A stretch of 52,801 bases of DNA, counting the filler, from Sphacelaria rigidula (lineage: Eukaryota): assembly GCA_964200075.2 (NCBI GenBank). It is 3 parts of 3 records of this genome, joined end to end, with 100 filler letters (N's around TTAATTAATTAA, not from the genome) between each part and the next. Parts side by side here need not be neighbours in the genome. Positions count along the whole stretch, not along the records: positions 1 to 17,536 come from CAXNAA020001051.1; 2 more parts are not named here. One strand, written 5' to 3'. The translations under genes and the position numbers were made by a program. The notes below the pieces were generated by a model that saw only the letters and a list, made by a program, of their open reading frames with translations, searched no databases and was not told where the DNA came from. Below, one piece after another: positions 1 through 13,800 of the stretch. How positions within the stretch are numbered: position 1 is the stretch's first letter; each line of letters begins with the position of its first letter.

Positions 1-260
1 CTGGAAGGGGGTGCGGGGTCAATGGTCAAACGACTACGGCAAGCAACAAATGAGTCCCCCCCCCCCCCCCCCGGAAGTACGCGCGAACAGCTAAAATAGG
101 GACTACCGATCAACAATATCCAATACCCAATCACGCTCCCATGTCGCTTGGCCATCCTTCTTTTTCCAGTATAAGTCGGTGACTGAAGTGAATGATGTCA
201 GCTGCATTTCTTCGCTCGTTCCCGTCGAGTAAAACTTGAACAGTAGAACAGAAAACCCAC

Positions 261-768
261 CCTCAGCGGCTGACCAAGGTACTGGTGCACGGCCAAGTAC
301 TCGAGGTAAAATGTCTCCCGTAAGCCCTCTGCCCGTCGCAGCAGCTCTACGAAGTCCGAGAATGCCATGGACGTGCCGGGAGGGCGTACGAGAACCTCCT
401 CCCCCGAAGGAAGTCCCCATGCTTCCCCATCCTCAGGCCCGTCAAATCTAGTCGGAGAGAGCGGGCAGGGAGCGGGGCCGACAGCCGAGGAGGCGAGGGG
501 GAAGAGGGTGGGGGTGATCTATCGACTTACAAAATTCAAGAGGGGTTGACATGTATCTCGCCTTTGAGGTTTCGGGAGATAAATTATGCCGAGAAATAAA
601 AATGAAGAAACGCTCCACTGTACCAGCTCTTTTTACTGTTTCGGAAAAGCTGATATTAGACTCCACCTGCCCGAACAAGGACCTGCTTAATTTTCCTACT
701 TGAACACGGCTGCTCGCATGCCGTTACTGATCCTAGTTGCTTGCACCACGCTTCAACGGGTCTGCGCG

Positions 769-809
<41 letters not shown>

Positions 810-3800
810 AATGAATCCGAAGAACACTTTGGGTAAGTGCACACGTGGAGACGGAAAATCGGGATCTTCCGTTGCACAGTAGCAGCAGGGTACTTGATCT
901 GTGATGAACAAGGCATTTCATTCGGTGAACACCAAAGTAATCATACCTCCTGTACGGATGAAGTGAGCTACTCTACGCGTGCGTAGACATTCAGCTATTC
1001 GACACCACAATCTCAAACTCTGGGACAATATTCGTGGAATTCGGCGACCGCAGCAGCATGCTGAACTATCCAGGAATAAGACACAGCTCTAGACCAACTG
1101 CTTATTTCCGATTTGTCGCTAGTGCACTTTCGAAGTCCTTGTTCATGTTCTTCCCACGGGCAGTCCTTTGCGGAAAACTTCGACGCACTTGACGACTTTC
1201 CCGCATTTTTTCTATACTCACCAAATATGAAGGGAGAAGGAGCTGTTGACACGGGATTTTACAAATTGAGGATGGATTTTCTTTTGAGGATTGACCCTGG
1301 GGAACCTTAGGATCGAAATATTTTTGAAATAAGAATACAAGTGCACTTTCCGGCCGTGATGTGTGGCTCCGGTCATCGCCATAAGAATCCACCGGGAACT
1401 TGTAAAATCCCGCGTTCATACCGAACAATTCCGACCTCCGTTTATTCCCGTGGAAAAAATGTTCTTATTTGTCAAAAGCCCCCTGTTAACACGGGAGTGA
1501 ACAAGTTGCGGATGATTTTTTTGCCAAGAATGAGCGACGTCACACATCGCGGTCGGATAGTGAATTTATATTTTCTTTTCGAGAATATTTTGATTCTTAG
1601 CAAGGTTTCCAAGGTTCATCTTCAAAAAAATAATCCATCCTCAATTTGGGGTAGCTCGCGTTATTTGCGAAACGCTTAAAAAGCTGCTCCAGAGAGTAAC
1701 GCGGACAACAGACAATACAAGCAAGCCAACCACAGAGCAATATAACCAGTACCGCGCGCATGACCCAAGAACACTCGCGCAACGGTGGAGTAGTTACCCC
1801 AAACCAGATCCGAAAACGATTCTGATCTGAACCTCCCAAGGAACATATCAAGGAGACTTCGCCAGCAAGCGGCCATCAGTCAGACGCTTTGCATGTATCC
1901 TAGGGTCACGCCGAGTAAGGCCATCCTCAGTCATGAGGCGGGAACACGTGGAACCTTGCCGTTGCCAGCGCATTTCACATGGGCCGGTGACTGATCGAAG
2001 TGACCTCTGCAAGACGAACCGAAACTGTGGCAAACTTTGCTCACTCGTAAACACGCTTTTGGCTTGTCTCCATCGCACAAAGTTGTGCCAAAATTTGTGG
2101 AATGGGGTGCAGTTTTCGGGCGAGAGGCGCATTTCGAGAATACTTCAAAATTTGCTACACACAGTACATGTGGTGAGCAATTAGACATATCTCGACGCTA
2201 AATAGAGCAACGTTCTTCATCGTCATGTCTTTCCACGCCTTCCCTCTGATCCTCACCACCAAGTTCAGCAGTTACGTTTTAAGTGGGTTTCCCACATTGG
2301 TAGCGAGAACACGGTGGAAATCTCACATTTTCGACTTTTCAGTGAGTAATTTTCTTTTTTCCTTTTCAATTTCCTTTTTTTCTTCTCGTCATATATCCTA
2401 CATTCATTCATGATCATTGTGCGCCCAACTTTGTAAAACGGGTCTTCATATGTAGGTGAAATATGAAGAAGTCCTACTTGTTCTGTGCCCATTGCGTATA
2501 AATGAGACAGCAGTACAAGTAGCTCGCTGGATTCATCCCAGTCTTTCGCCCCACAAGCTGCCTCCCGCACCCACACTACGAAACTACTCGCGATTTCTTG
2601 TTTTTGCATGTCTTCATGAAAACTATGAGATGGCGTGACACGATGATAAAAGTGAGGACAAGTCCAATATTCTCAAAAATAGTGACCGACGGGTGTTCAC
2701 AAGCAAGCTCACTTCGAGAAACGATTCCACTTCGCTTAGCTTCCTCTTGTACGTGTTTTCTTCGTAGTTGCGCCGCGTTTGGAGAAACGAACGGTGCGTT
2801 TAGAGGTACGACACACGATGCATTCGATGACAACGGAGGCGTGGTATGCGATACCGTTCAAGTCTTGGGGGAATGTTGCCCTATTCTAATCGCCGAATGA
2901 TTGAATAACAACAGCGCCTGAAAATAGCTCGTCCACACTCAGCGCAATTGTTCAGAATCGAATTTTCAGAATCAGCACGTGGATGGAGGAAGTCCCGTCG
3001 TAAAGCCCGACACACGAAAAGCCGCATTACGCTGGACTTTCGAAAACTCCGAGGCGTTCGCGAGATACGGACGGCTGCAAGTTGATGCTCATGGTGTTGG
3101 ACTGCTGTGTCAGCATGCTGAACTGTCAGTTGAGGCACAACTCAAAACGAACTGTTTTTCTTCCCTCTACTTGTAGGGTTGACGGCATGGCACCCCTTGT
3201 CCATGCAGTTCGTACACGCCGTTTTTCGCTCAAGCCTTCATCTCTTGCATTCTTCCCCACTAAACTTCCCGTCCTGGTGGTCTGATGAATGGTACAACTT
3301 AAACCGTTAGGTCGGGAAAATACCGGTTCAATTCCCAGCAGGTGATGCATATGGGTGTTTCCTACAAAGGATCTTATTTCCGTCGATGGAAACAGCAGAA
3401 CGCGACTACTAGCAGAAATAGTATATATGGCATACGCATTGGAGCTCGGCCTCGTCGAGGATTTTGCCATCCTGAAGTGCGTCCCCGACATGGTGCTCAC
3501 AGTGCGGCGTCGGAAGGCAGTATCTCCGGGATGAAAAGACACTGTCAGCAAGGTGCTGTTCAAGATAAAGGACCCGCACGAATGCGGTAACCACATCGGT
3601 CTTTCGCTAGGGTAGCACGCGGGCAAGGTGGCTCTCAAGATAGCTGCGACTAGCCTCAGCGCCTGCTTGCGAGTGGAAGGCAATCCTCCCAGAAGTTCGA
3701 CGCAGCTTCAGATCCAGCCGGCCAACAGTCGACAACGTGTACGTTGTGCCCAGACTTCAAGAATTGGCCAGAGAGAAGAATCTTCCACTGTGCACATGCT

Positions 3801-4775
3801 TCACCGACCTTCAAAAAGGCATACGACTCGATGGATTTTCTGTGGAAGGTGCTATCAACAGCACGATATGGCCTCCCCGCCAAGATAAAATCCATGATCC
3901 CCAGCTTCACAGCGGCAAGACGTCTCAGTGGTTTGGCGTTAACCAGAGCCTCCGCCGAAGGTTGCGTGCTTTTCCCCGCTTTGTTCAGCGTCTTCTTCGC
4001 GGTGGTGCTAACGGTCACGTTTGATCGCTTCTCGATCAATAGAGCGGTGGCAAAGGACTTTTTTCACATCCCTAGAAGGGGTGCGAGGACCGGGGGCGAA
4101 CTTAGCAAAGCGCCTTGAGCCATGCTATACGCCGACGACGCTCTCATCGCCTCGCGATCTCAATGAAGACTGGCGAAGATGATGACGACCATCGTCAAAG
4201 TTTGTGCGGCGTTCAGTCTCGTCGTGGGGGAAAAAGGACGCAGTTTAACCGTGCAAATGCGCTTCCCCAAAACGAAGGCGGGTGTGGTGGACGTGGAAGC
4301 CGCAGGCCAAGGGTAAAAGAAAGTTGATTTTTTCATCTATCTTGGCAGAAAAATCAGCAGCATCGGCTATGTCATTGCTGAGGTCTACAGCCGCATTGTC
4401 CCAGGCCTGGAAGTGCCTATACAAGTACAGCAAAGTGCTATATGATAACCCGTATATCACCCTGGTCGCCAAGGTCTATCTTCTGAAGACAGAGGTGATC
4501 GAGGTCGTGCTATACGTTTGCGTGACCTGGACGATCGCGCCCGACAAGTTCGACACTTTGCGGGAAGCCCACCGCGGGTTCCTGCTGAGGTGCCTCGAAG
4601 AAGCTTAAGCCAAGCCACAGTCCTTCCGACTACCACATGCTGCCATACCAGGAGGTCTTCGAAAGGACCGGCTGCGAGTGCATCGAGGTTACCGTGATGA
4701 GGCGAATCCTCCTACACGACAACCACGTCGTGCGCATGCACAACGATCGCCTCCCCAACATCGTCATGCGTGGAG

Positions 4776-4809
<34 letters not shown>

Positions 4810-7800
4810 CGTACTCAAGGCCGCATTGTGCTAGTTCACAGTAGTACTCCACGATTGCATCCGCCCATCCTTTGGGGAAGCCACCACGCTACATATGGCA
4901 TAACCTGAGTTCTTGTACTGTACTGGACGACGCCCCCTGGTGATCATGTGATTTTGCTTCTGGTTTTCTACGCAGGTAAAACAACGAGGTGCACTAGTAT
5001 TAATAGTGAACCTCGTGCACAAATGCAGATCTCGACCACATCGCTCCACCGAGAGACAAGCTGCAACATCAACGGGCATTGATATATACCGGCGACGAAA
5101 TCGAGGTCGACATCTTTACACTTTCAGGAGTAGTCCCCCCCCCCCCTCTAGTCCCCTGTAATCAACCTAGTCCGGCGAAAAAACGGCGTGCTCCGTCCCG
5201 CCTTTGTAGGGACGGACGAGTCCCTATTGCATTGGCGTCGGTTGGCAGTGACGCCGTAAAACACGCAACTTACTGCGTAAGCTAGGCAGCCAGGTGGCCG
5301 TCTTGTTTTGCGCGCTTGCGTTTGTTTTGCGGTAACGATGATGTTGGTCGAGCTAGATCATCTCGTGCGCGGTGGGATAATCTCAATTCCTCGTGAAGGG
5401 GATGATCATACTACGTAGTGTCTAAATGGTGAGACATTCATGAGGCAGTGTGGAACCCGTGCCCGTCTCTGAAAGTGGCGACACCAGAAATGAAGCAACT
5501 CGTTGGAGGCTGTCATCCGAATGCAAGATAATCAGTACGTTTCGGGCCGAACAATCTTAGCAGGATGCAGCTCACCCTTCATGCGACTCGCCATACACAT
5601 CGCGGCGCTTCGCGCTTGGTGGATTGGCTACGAGTCTGGTGCGGCGAAAACCCGGCGTGCTCCGCCCCGGCTTTGTACGGATGCGAGGTCAACGGTAATA
5701 TGACTACGGCATGCAAGATCATGAGTACACCCTCCCTCCTCTGTAATCGATGGTACCCACAGTAAAGATATCAAAAACGTGACTGATCACTTCTCAAACA
5801 TGCAGCAGAGAGTACACACACTCCGGCATCTCCAAACATTTTTCGTCCCGTCACCTTCCTGTCTCGCTGAGGCTCACGCGTACAACACTGTCACCGAACC
5901 GCTCCGCCAGCGCCTCCCACGACCACGCGTCCTTCGGGGCAAACTCCGATTGGAAGTTCTGCCGCACGAGTAAGCATACGCACGCATGGTGTAGCTACAG
6001 TATATACAGACACATACACGCATTTCGATTAAAATTATTCGCGCACAAGTTGGATAGCACCAGTACGTTCGAAGATACGGGTACATATACAGCGAGAGAG
6101 CGGGGAACACGAATGCAATATGAAAAAGAGACCACCAAGTGAAAACATATGTAGGGAGGAAATGACGAGGGTGGGGAAGGAGAAAAAGGAAAAGGAAAAG
6201 GAGACAGGACTGAAGTGCACTGGAAGGTGGTCACATGCACATCTAGTCCTACCTTGCCGCGGTCCCCTGCAGCACGCTGCCCCATCACAATTCAGTCATG
6301 CGATGTCAGGAACCTACCGCACGAGTGTCAGGTCCCTAGCGTATGTCGTCACCACTGTACGGAGTCACATTGCCAATGGCAGGCTTCTTGTGCGTACATG
6401 TAACAAAAGGCCTTCCTTTTTTCGGTGCAAAGTCCCGATTGAAAATACTGCTGCATATGTTGGTAATTCGTATGCCGTAGCCACCAATGACACCATGCGG
6501 ACTACGCCGCACATTCACCTCTAGCATGTACCCTTACGGGGGGAGAGGGGGGGGGGGGGGGGGGGGGGAATGAAGCCGAACAAATGGAGTGGTTATGTGA
6601 TATTCTCTGCCACAGAAAATTGGATAACGTCGGGGTGTTGTCGCACACCCATATACAGCAAGTTCTCGCCCATTCCATTACTAAGCACAGTTCATTCGGT
6701 TGCAACAGACCGGGCAGAGACCTTTCAAGCACCGTTTTTTCACCTTTTACACAGCACCTTCTATAATAGGCCGAAGTACAGAGTAAAATCGGGCGGTAAG
6801 GATTGCACGGCATGCACCTCCTGCTCTATCGCACGATATCCTCTGTTGCTTCCTCCGTCGCCGCGTACGCGGCGACAACGTGGTACGAGATAAAACCTTA
6901 ACAATGAGGACCTTTCTGGCGGAATCACGCCTGTTTGAAGATTGGTGGCCGGTTTTTCTACACGACAAAATCACGAGAAACGAAAAGATAAAAAGCAAAA
7001 GAACACATGCCGCAAAGGCATGTTAACCAGTGGAGAGGACTTCGGCTGCTCACACCCGTGCACGAATGCATGCACGTACAGGTACTGGCTCCCGGGAACT
7101 CCGCAGTGTCCTCGTCATCACCGCGCTTGTCGAGGACTGCGATATTCTTCGTGACTGACGTCACTGCTCAAACCCCTTGGAGCACACGAGGATAGGAGAG
7201 CATTGGTGGCTGAAGGGATGAAAAGCGGGTGCACCGTCGTACACAGCTTGTGAAGAGGTCCACGTTTTCTCAGCCATGCATGATTTTCGGGCTCGGGAAA
7301 ACATCTCGCGTAAGATATCGAACACACCGACGTGAATGGTGAGCGTTCGAGTGGTACACACCTACCCGCCGTGTTGTACTTGATGCATCCCCGACGTGTC
7401 GTTCAAATGCGCACGCGTGCACACATACCCACATACATAGACACCAGGATGATCGATGATGCCAAAACAGAAAAGCACAGCGCATGCTGCGGGTACACTG
7501 CATCACACCTTGACCACGGCAGGCCGGCTCCGATTCACGAACTCGCCCATTAGCTCCTCCGCGCTGCCGACTGCAACTTCCGGCACCTCGAGGTAGCCTC
7601 CTTGACGTTCTACCCAAGGCGGCGTCACTGCATCACCGCCACCAACATCCGGATCAGCACTGCTGCCTTGTGTTGGCAAAGACGCCGGCGGAAGGTTGGC
7701 GACGTGCTGTCGCCATTGCTCCACCTCACGCTCCTGCGGTTCGTTTATTTTTCCCACAGCCGCAGCAACAAGCGTGTGTGTCTGAGGCATGTCTACCTGA

Positions 7801-10800
7801 ACATGCTGATTAAGGTGTGAATACACGCACAGCTTGTTTGAATGTGAACTTCGGATAACAGAGATCACTATTTGTCGCGCAGAGTGCCTCCCGACGGCTG
7901 GATACCCTTTCCACGATTCGGCGGCATCTCTCTGCGGCACTCGTCATTTGCTCAGGGGGGTCAGATGGTTGTGGGTACGTCATACATTATCTTCGGACTA
8001 CAGTACAGCGATGGTAACGGCTTCATCCTCCTTGGCGTTGGTCCACGATGAGGATCCTGCGTATGAAATAATCTGTGCTCGTGAAAAACAAGGGGAGAAA
8101 ATGTTTCCCCCTATTATACTCTTCTGGAGAATGTCTTGAAAAATCTCTCCCCCACTAGGCTACGGTCTGCACCCTGGTTTGTTTCCTACTGTCGTACCTA
8201 ACGTAGCCCCGATTCTGTAAGGGGGGAGGGGCACAGAGAGCACGAATGCCATCATGTACCACGTGTAACCGTACTCCTCGAATACCGTATATTTTTCTTC
8301 GCTTACATCTGTGCAGACTCAGCTCATCTCATCTCATCGTAAAAAAAAAAACCGAAAAAACTCCTTCTGGTGTATAGTAGAATATCAAACACAACTTGGA
8401 CGCAAGAAACCAATATGTCGATTCCATTCGTTTTCGTTCGCGGCAGCAGCGCACGTATTCTCTTCGGTCTTGTTGGTGTTTCGTCCAACCGTTTGTGCTC
8501 CTTGCTGACAAACCGCGAATGAAGAGTTATTCCCCCGCCCGCCCGCCGCGGAACGAACGTGCCCGAAAACAATCCATCGTGCTTTTGATATCCACCATAT
8601 CAATGCTGGCTTTCGAAAACAAGAGCTTTTCCGGGGGAGAGGGGGGAGGGGGGGTGGGGGGTGGGGGGGGGTGCGACAAAGCAAAACACAAATCAGAGCG
8701 TGGTAACGTTTTTGGAGCGGCGACATTCAGTAGACCAAGCGGCAAATGTCTTCCTCCCTACCTTCTTTTTGCCCTTTTTTCTTTCCTTCCTTCCTTCCGT
8801 TGATAGATTATTATTATTTCAATTATTCGTTGGACTTTGAACCCCTCCTCTTCCTCGGGACGAGTCCGTGGTCTCCAGGGATCAGCCCATCTCTCCCCGG
8901 TACACGCCTTGCATTTCGGTTTCGCGGATTGGGTCATGACTATCAGCACTCCCGCACCGCGTCAACTCAAGTCGAACAAACTCAGCCAACTACTTTGTTT
9001 ACTCACGTTCTGACGCTTTCCACGGTGGAAATCAGTTACTACGAAGAAAACACCCCACGCACACCGGGAATCGAACCCTAAAGATCTCCACCCTAATGGT
9101 GACAGTCGGACCATTACACCACACATGAGCATAGGTAACAAGAACGGTGAGCTTTTGGTCTGCCCGGGGGTACCGCAGCACCAACCTGCTGAAGCCCCAA
9201 AAGTCATGGCACACACTTCGGACGAGGCCAGCGGGCAGGCGTAGGACACGAGATAGTTTTATCCCTGTTCATACACTGTGGACAGCGCTACTCTTACGCA
9301 CCTCCATTTCAATAAACTCGAGAGCGTCGGCGGCCGGGCCAACTGCTGCTTCGTCTCCCGATACCAAAGCCTTCTTGAGGTGCGCCTTCGCCTCTTCCCT
9401 GTTCAACCCGCCCGCGTGCAGCGCAGCCAGATTGGTTAGTCCTGTGCCAGTCAGCAGCAAAGCCTGCGTGCCGTGGGGTCAGAAAAAAAGTCAAGTGGTC
9501 GGTGTCAGTAAAGTCCAGCAGTCAGGGGTCGTGGTAGATGTATAGTTCACCTCTTTGGAATTTTGAATTCTTCCACCCGGATTTTCGTGCAAGGGGTTCG
9601 GCGATGGGTCGCGGGGTTGGTGGCCGCACATGCGCACCCTATCCCATTTTGTTTCGTGATCACGACGATGAGGTGAAGACCCAGGCAAAGACAGGCCAAA
9701 AGATACCGCCCGTGAGGGTCGAAAACCTTCACGGTTAGGACAAACCAAGATTTATACGAGTTGACTCCTCACGACATGACAGGGATCTACCTGTATTCAA
9801 GTGTTGGTCCCGCATGCACCCAATGGTGAATAATATATGCATTACAGTCATCTAAACCGCATACATATTGGGAGAAAAGTACAACCGATGCATGTCATGA
9901 CAGGATTCAACGATGTGCCGACTCTTCGTCCCGCACGGAGACATACGCATGACATAGATGTAGATGTCATTCACGCCGCATGGTAAGTGTGGGTGGCATG
10001 TACAACCGATCCATTCCGCATTTTTCTACAGGAGGTCAACATGTGTTCATCACCTACCCCCTATGACCTGGGTAGGAAACAGGTGCCGTTGACGGTGTAC
10101 TGCACAACACAAGAGCTCAAAACCTGTATGAATTACAAATGATGTATGACCCGTATAATTTATTCGTCGAAATGGTGAACATGAGTTGACTCACGATTGT
10201 ATTTGTCCTAACCGTGAAAAACTTGTACTACTTCAAATATACACATTCTGCAGGAGCAACAGCAGCAGCTCGAGAAGATATAGCCCGGAAAATAATTCCG
10301 CGATGAAAGAAAGCACACACTCACTCGTCTCCTCGTATCGCACCCTGCACTCTTTCTCGGGGTACTTAAATCAAGGGGAACAAGCACGCACACACACACA
10401 AGGTTTCACTCCGTATTCGCTCTAGTTTGGGTGGGCGACCGACGGTACCGCAGGTGGCACACACATGTGACACTCGTACACCCGCTCGCGCGCACGAAAA
10501 CGAACGAATTCCAACCTGTCCCTTTTTCCGAAGCCCTGCCGTATGATACGCAAAACCTTTCACACGTCGGACAGGTCATGCGCTACCCAAAATAACTGAT
10601 CGGCGGGCACTCTCAGATCCCTCATCCAAAAACACAAGTGCCGTGACGGCAGGGTTCGAGAAGTCAAAGCGCCACCTTTACGCTACTCCACGTGCTCGGT
10701 GTCCAGCACTGTAGCAGGAAAATATGGAAAAAGCGGCCACATGAGCTAGCTCGTGATCCGGAGCAGTACACTAATAAGAAGTAATATTCAGGTAGCTCAT

Positions 10801-13800
10801 GAGCTGTTCGACGTGTGACACCTTTCTCAGGTGAGCTTTCCCCATGCCCGGATATCCCAGAATGGCAGAGTCATAGGCCTTCATGGCCTCTTCCTCCTGT
10901 CCTAGGGCCTCCAACAGCTCACCGTAGGCAAGTTGGTTCGCCGGGCCTGGATCCTTACACATGGAGCGAGAGAGAGACCACATTGCGTAGGCATCAGCAG
11001 AGAACACGGGGAACGGTCCCGGGAGGGCAGGCCGCCGGACGGATGGGGATGTGTCCAGGGAGGAGTTACAGCAAATATGTGGTGATTTTATCGTTCCTGT
11101 CGTTTACTCGTATTTTTATCCAATACTGATATTGATAAATATGTAATCGACACTAGTGTTTTCCGTCAAAATTATTCTCGTGATCTTGATGTTGATACTT
11201 GCGTTGTTTAACTCGGACCCGTCCTTGTACCCAGAAGTGCTGATCCTCTCCTTGCCGCTTCTTCATGAAAAATGATACTGTCCGGGAGTGAGCCCGCGGT
11301 ATACCCACGCGAATAGGCTCTTCACTATTAAAACAGCACTTTGTGTTTGGATGTGCACTACGGAGAACTAGTTCGAGGCTGGGCAGCACGTAGAATTGCG
11401 ATGTCCTTGGAGCAGAGGGAACCATTTGACAGCACCGTTTCCTCCTCGTGACCATATCGAACGCATACACCATTTTTTGAGCCGATTTGTGCAAACCTTC
11501 GGTATGTACTGACTTTCACCCCTGGCCGATACGCTGTTGAGCCCGCCCTCACTCAGTAGTGTTCACTACTCGGTCGATTAGAACCTTCCTGGAATTTAAT
11601 TACTTGATTTGAGTGTAAACACCGATATTCGGATCTTTAGCAGGGCTGAGAGCTCCACCTGCCCCTCGCGTGCGCAGAACGCGTGTTCGTCGAAATCGAA
11701 GCCGGCGGCGTCGTTTTGAGGTCTGCCAACGCCACACTTTGCCTAGGGGACGCTTCACACCCCCCTCGCACGAGGGTTCTCGGTATACCTTCGGTTGGGG
11801 TTCGGCTTAAGGTTAGCGTTATTGAAAAAATGATGAATTTCGTCATCGACCAAGTAGTAAACACACCTCCCTTTACTTGACTATACTCGTATCACCCCTG
11901 TGCATCCCACACAGTACGGGGGTTTCATGCACTACTGTATGAGCGAATCACTTGCGTTAGACGGCGCCGAATATATGTAACCTTACCACCGCCAATAAAC
12001 ACGAGGTTAAAAACCCAACATCAGGAAGCTGACACATGTCTAGCACGATGGAGGAAGAAGCGTACCCATAAATCCTGTGGATGAAGTCCTCTTGAGGGAT
12101 CTGATTAACGCAAACCAAGGCACCAATCGAAGTATATCAATGCTCGACGACAGAGTAGGGTAACAGCTGGCGTGATATAGAAAGCATACCTTATCGACAA
12201 CCTTCTCGTAAGCGTCCCTGGCCGAGGCGATCATGTTGAAGCCCATCAGCACCTGGTGGTCGAGGGATTGTCAGATATGCACACCAGTGAGTGATACCGA
12301 GAGATGTTGCTCATAATCAGGCATGAACCACGCTCGCAGATCAAGGGGGAGAAGAAAAAAAGGGTTGTGCGGAGCGGGAGGCGGAGACGAATAGACAGAC
12401 AGACAGGCTGGTAGACGGAGAGACAGACAGGCTGGAACACGGAAAGAGGCAGCGGCATAGATGAGAGGTAAAGAAGTAGGGACAGGGATACAGACAAGAG
12501 AAAAAACGACATGAAACGGGACACGACAAACACCCTCCCTCAATCGCTTGCCCGAGCATCCAATTTCAGCATTGTGTCCCAAGAAAAAATAATAAGAACA
12601 ATGGGTGGTGTGAGAATGGCTCACTTTCGCTACCGACTTCCAATCCAGCGACGGATTGAGTTCGGCCGCCTTGGCGAATGCCTCGTCAGCTGCCTTCACC
12701 TGTTGTCGTTCCAGGAAACGAAAGCGAATCAAGAAAGCAAACAACACAGAGGAGGAAATCATACAGGAGCCACAACTCGAGCTGCGAGGAAACTCATCAC
12801 TGAAACAAAGCAACCCACAAGGGTATCGACAAAACAGGGTTTCCAGGATTGAAACCAACGCTTTTGAGACCCGATCGAAATCAAAACTGCGCCCAATGTT
12901 GAACGGTGTGTAAAAAACCCACTCTTACGCAACAAAATCAGTGACGATTGTTTGAACAAAAGTGACCCCCACAATTTTGAAAAGGTCCTAAATTATGACC
13001 ACGCGTTGAAAACCGGGTGCCGATTTTGAACACCCAGTTAAAGAAACGTATTAAATCAGGGAAGAAAAAAAAAATTGGACGTGTCATGCTCCAATATACC
13101 GCAGCACAAACAAACTCACACCCTGTCTCACGTGCTGCAGCTGTCACTTCACTGTGGCATGTTCTGCTGGGATTGCCTCAGCTACTGTGCTGTTGTGGTC
13201 TGCTCTGTACAAAATGATGGAGTCGGCACGCCGTACAACTTGTCAAAGTTTGGCATGTCATGATGTTTTTATTGGCTGCTGTCTCTCGAGAAGAATGCAG
13301 CGCTTCGTGCCCGGGTCCATGTCTCTTGTGATGCAGTTGGCACTGCAGTGTGGTGCGTTTGAACCCTGCAACCACGGTTTGGTCTCCGCTGAGATTGCCT
13401 GAGCTACTTACCGTTGCTGTGTCCCGGTCGGTACAAAAATTGTAGCCGGCACGCTGTGCTGTTAACACACTGTTTGAAGACGACATAGTGCGTTGGTTGT
13501 CGTGTCTTCTGTAAAGCGAACGAGGCGCTGCGTGCCCGCATCTATCATTTTTATGCCTGAGTTGTCGCTGTACTGTGGTGCGTTTGAACCCTGCGAGTGC
13601 GGTTCGATCTGTGCTGGAGATTACCTGAACTATTGTACGGCTGCTGTGGTCCGGTCTGGGGCAGAATTGGGGTGGGAACAAAGTGCCGTCTGTAGACAGT
13701 CGAAGACACCACGTGCTTGCTGTGCAGCCGTTGTGTCTTCTTTGAGTGCTACTGTTTAGGTTCAAAACTCCCAGGTCACGTAAACATTATACGTGCAACT

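Noticed and set aside
103..420. 105-aa ORF in the ORF track
   Set aside because: Wrong frame; the real coding frame is the JmjC exon 447-261.
540..2200. DNA transposon with TIRs at ~541 and ~2197 and subterminal repeats at 1240-1650
   Set aside because: The terminal match is only about 12/17 and there is no transposase motif, so it is too weak to call.
8000..8060. Possible extra exon of the TPR-JmjC gene
   Set aside because: Exons 9463-9302 and 7733-7509 already join in phase, and this segment has no motif support.
9060..9128. tRNA gene
   Set aside because: A and B boxes are present but there is no complete cloverleaf; the attached body and tail fit a SINE.
13178..13765. 195-aa ORF with internal repeats
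   Set aside because: It reflects the DNA tandem repeat, has no protein-like composition, and the repeat periods are not consistently multiples of 3.
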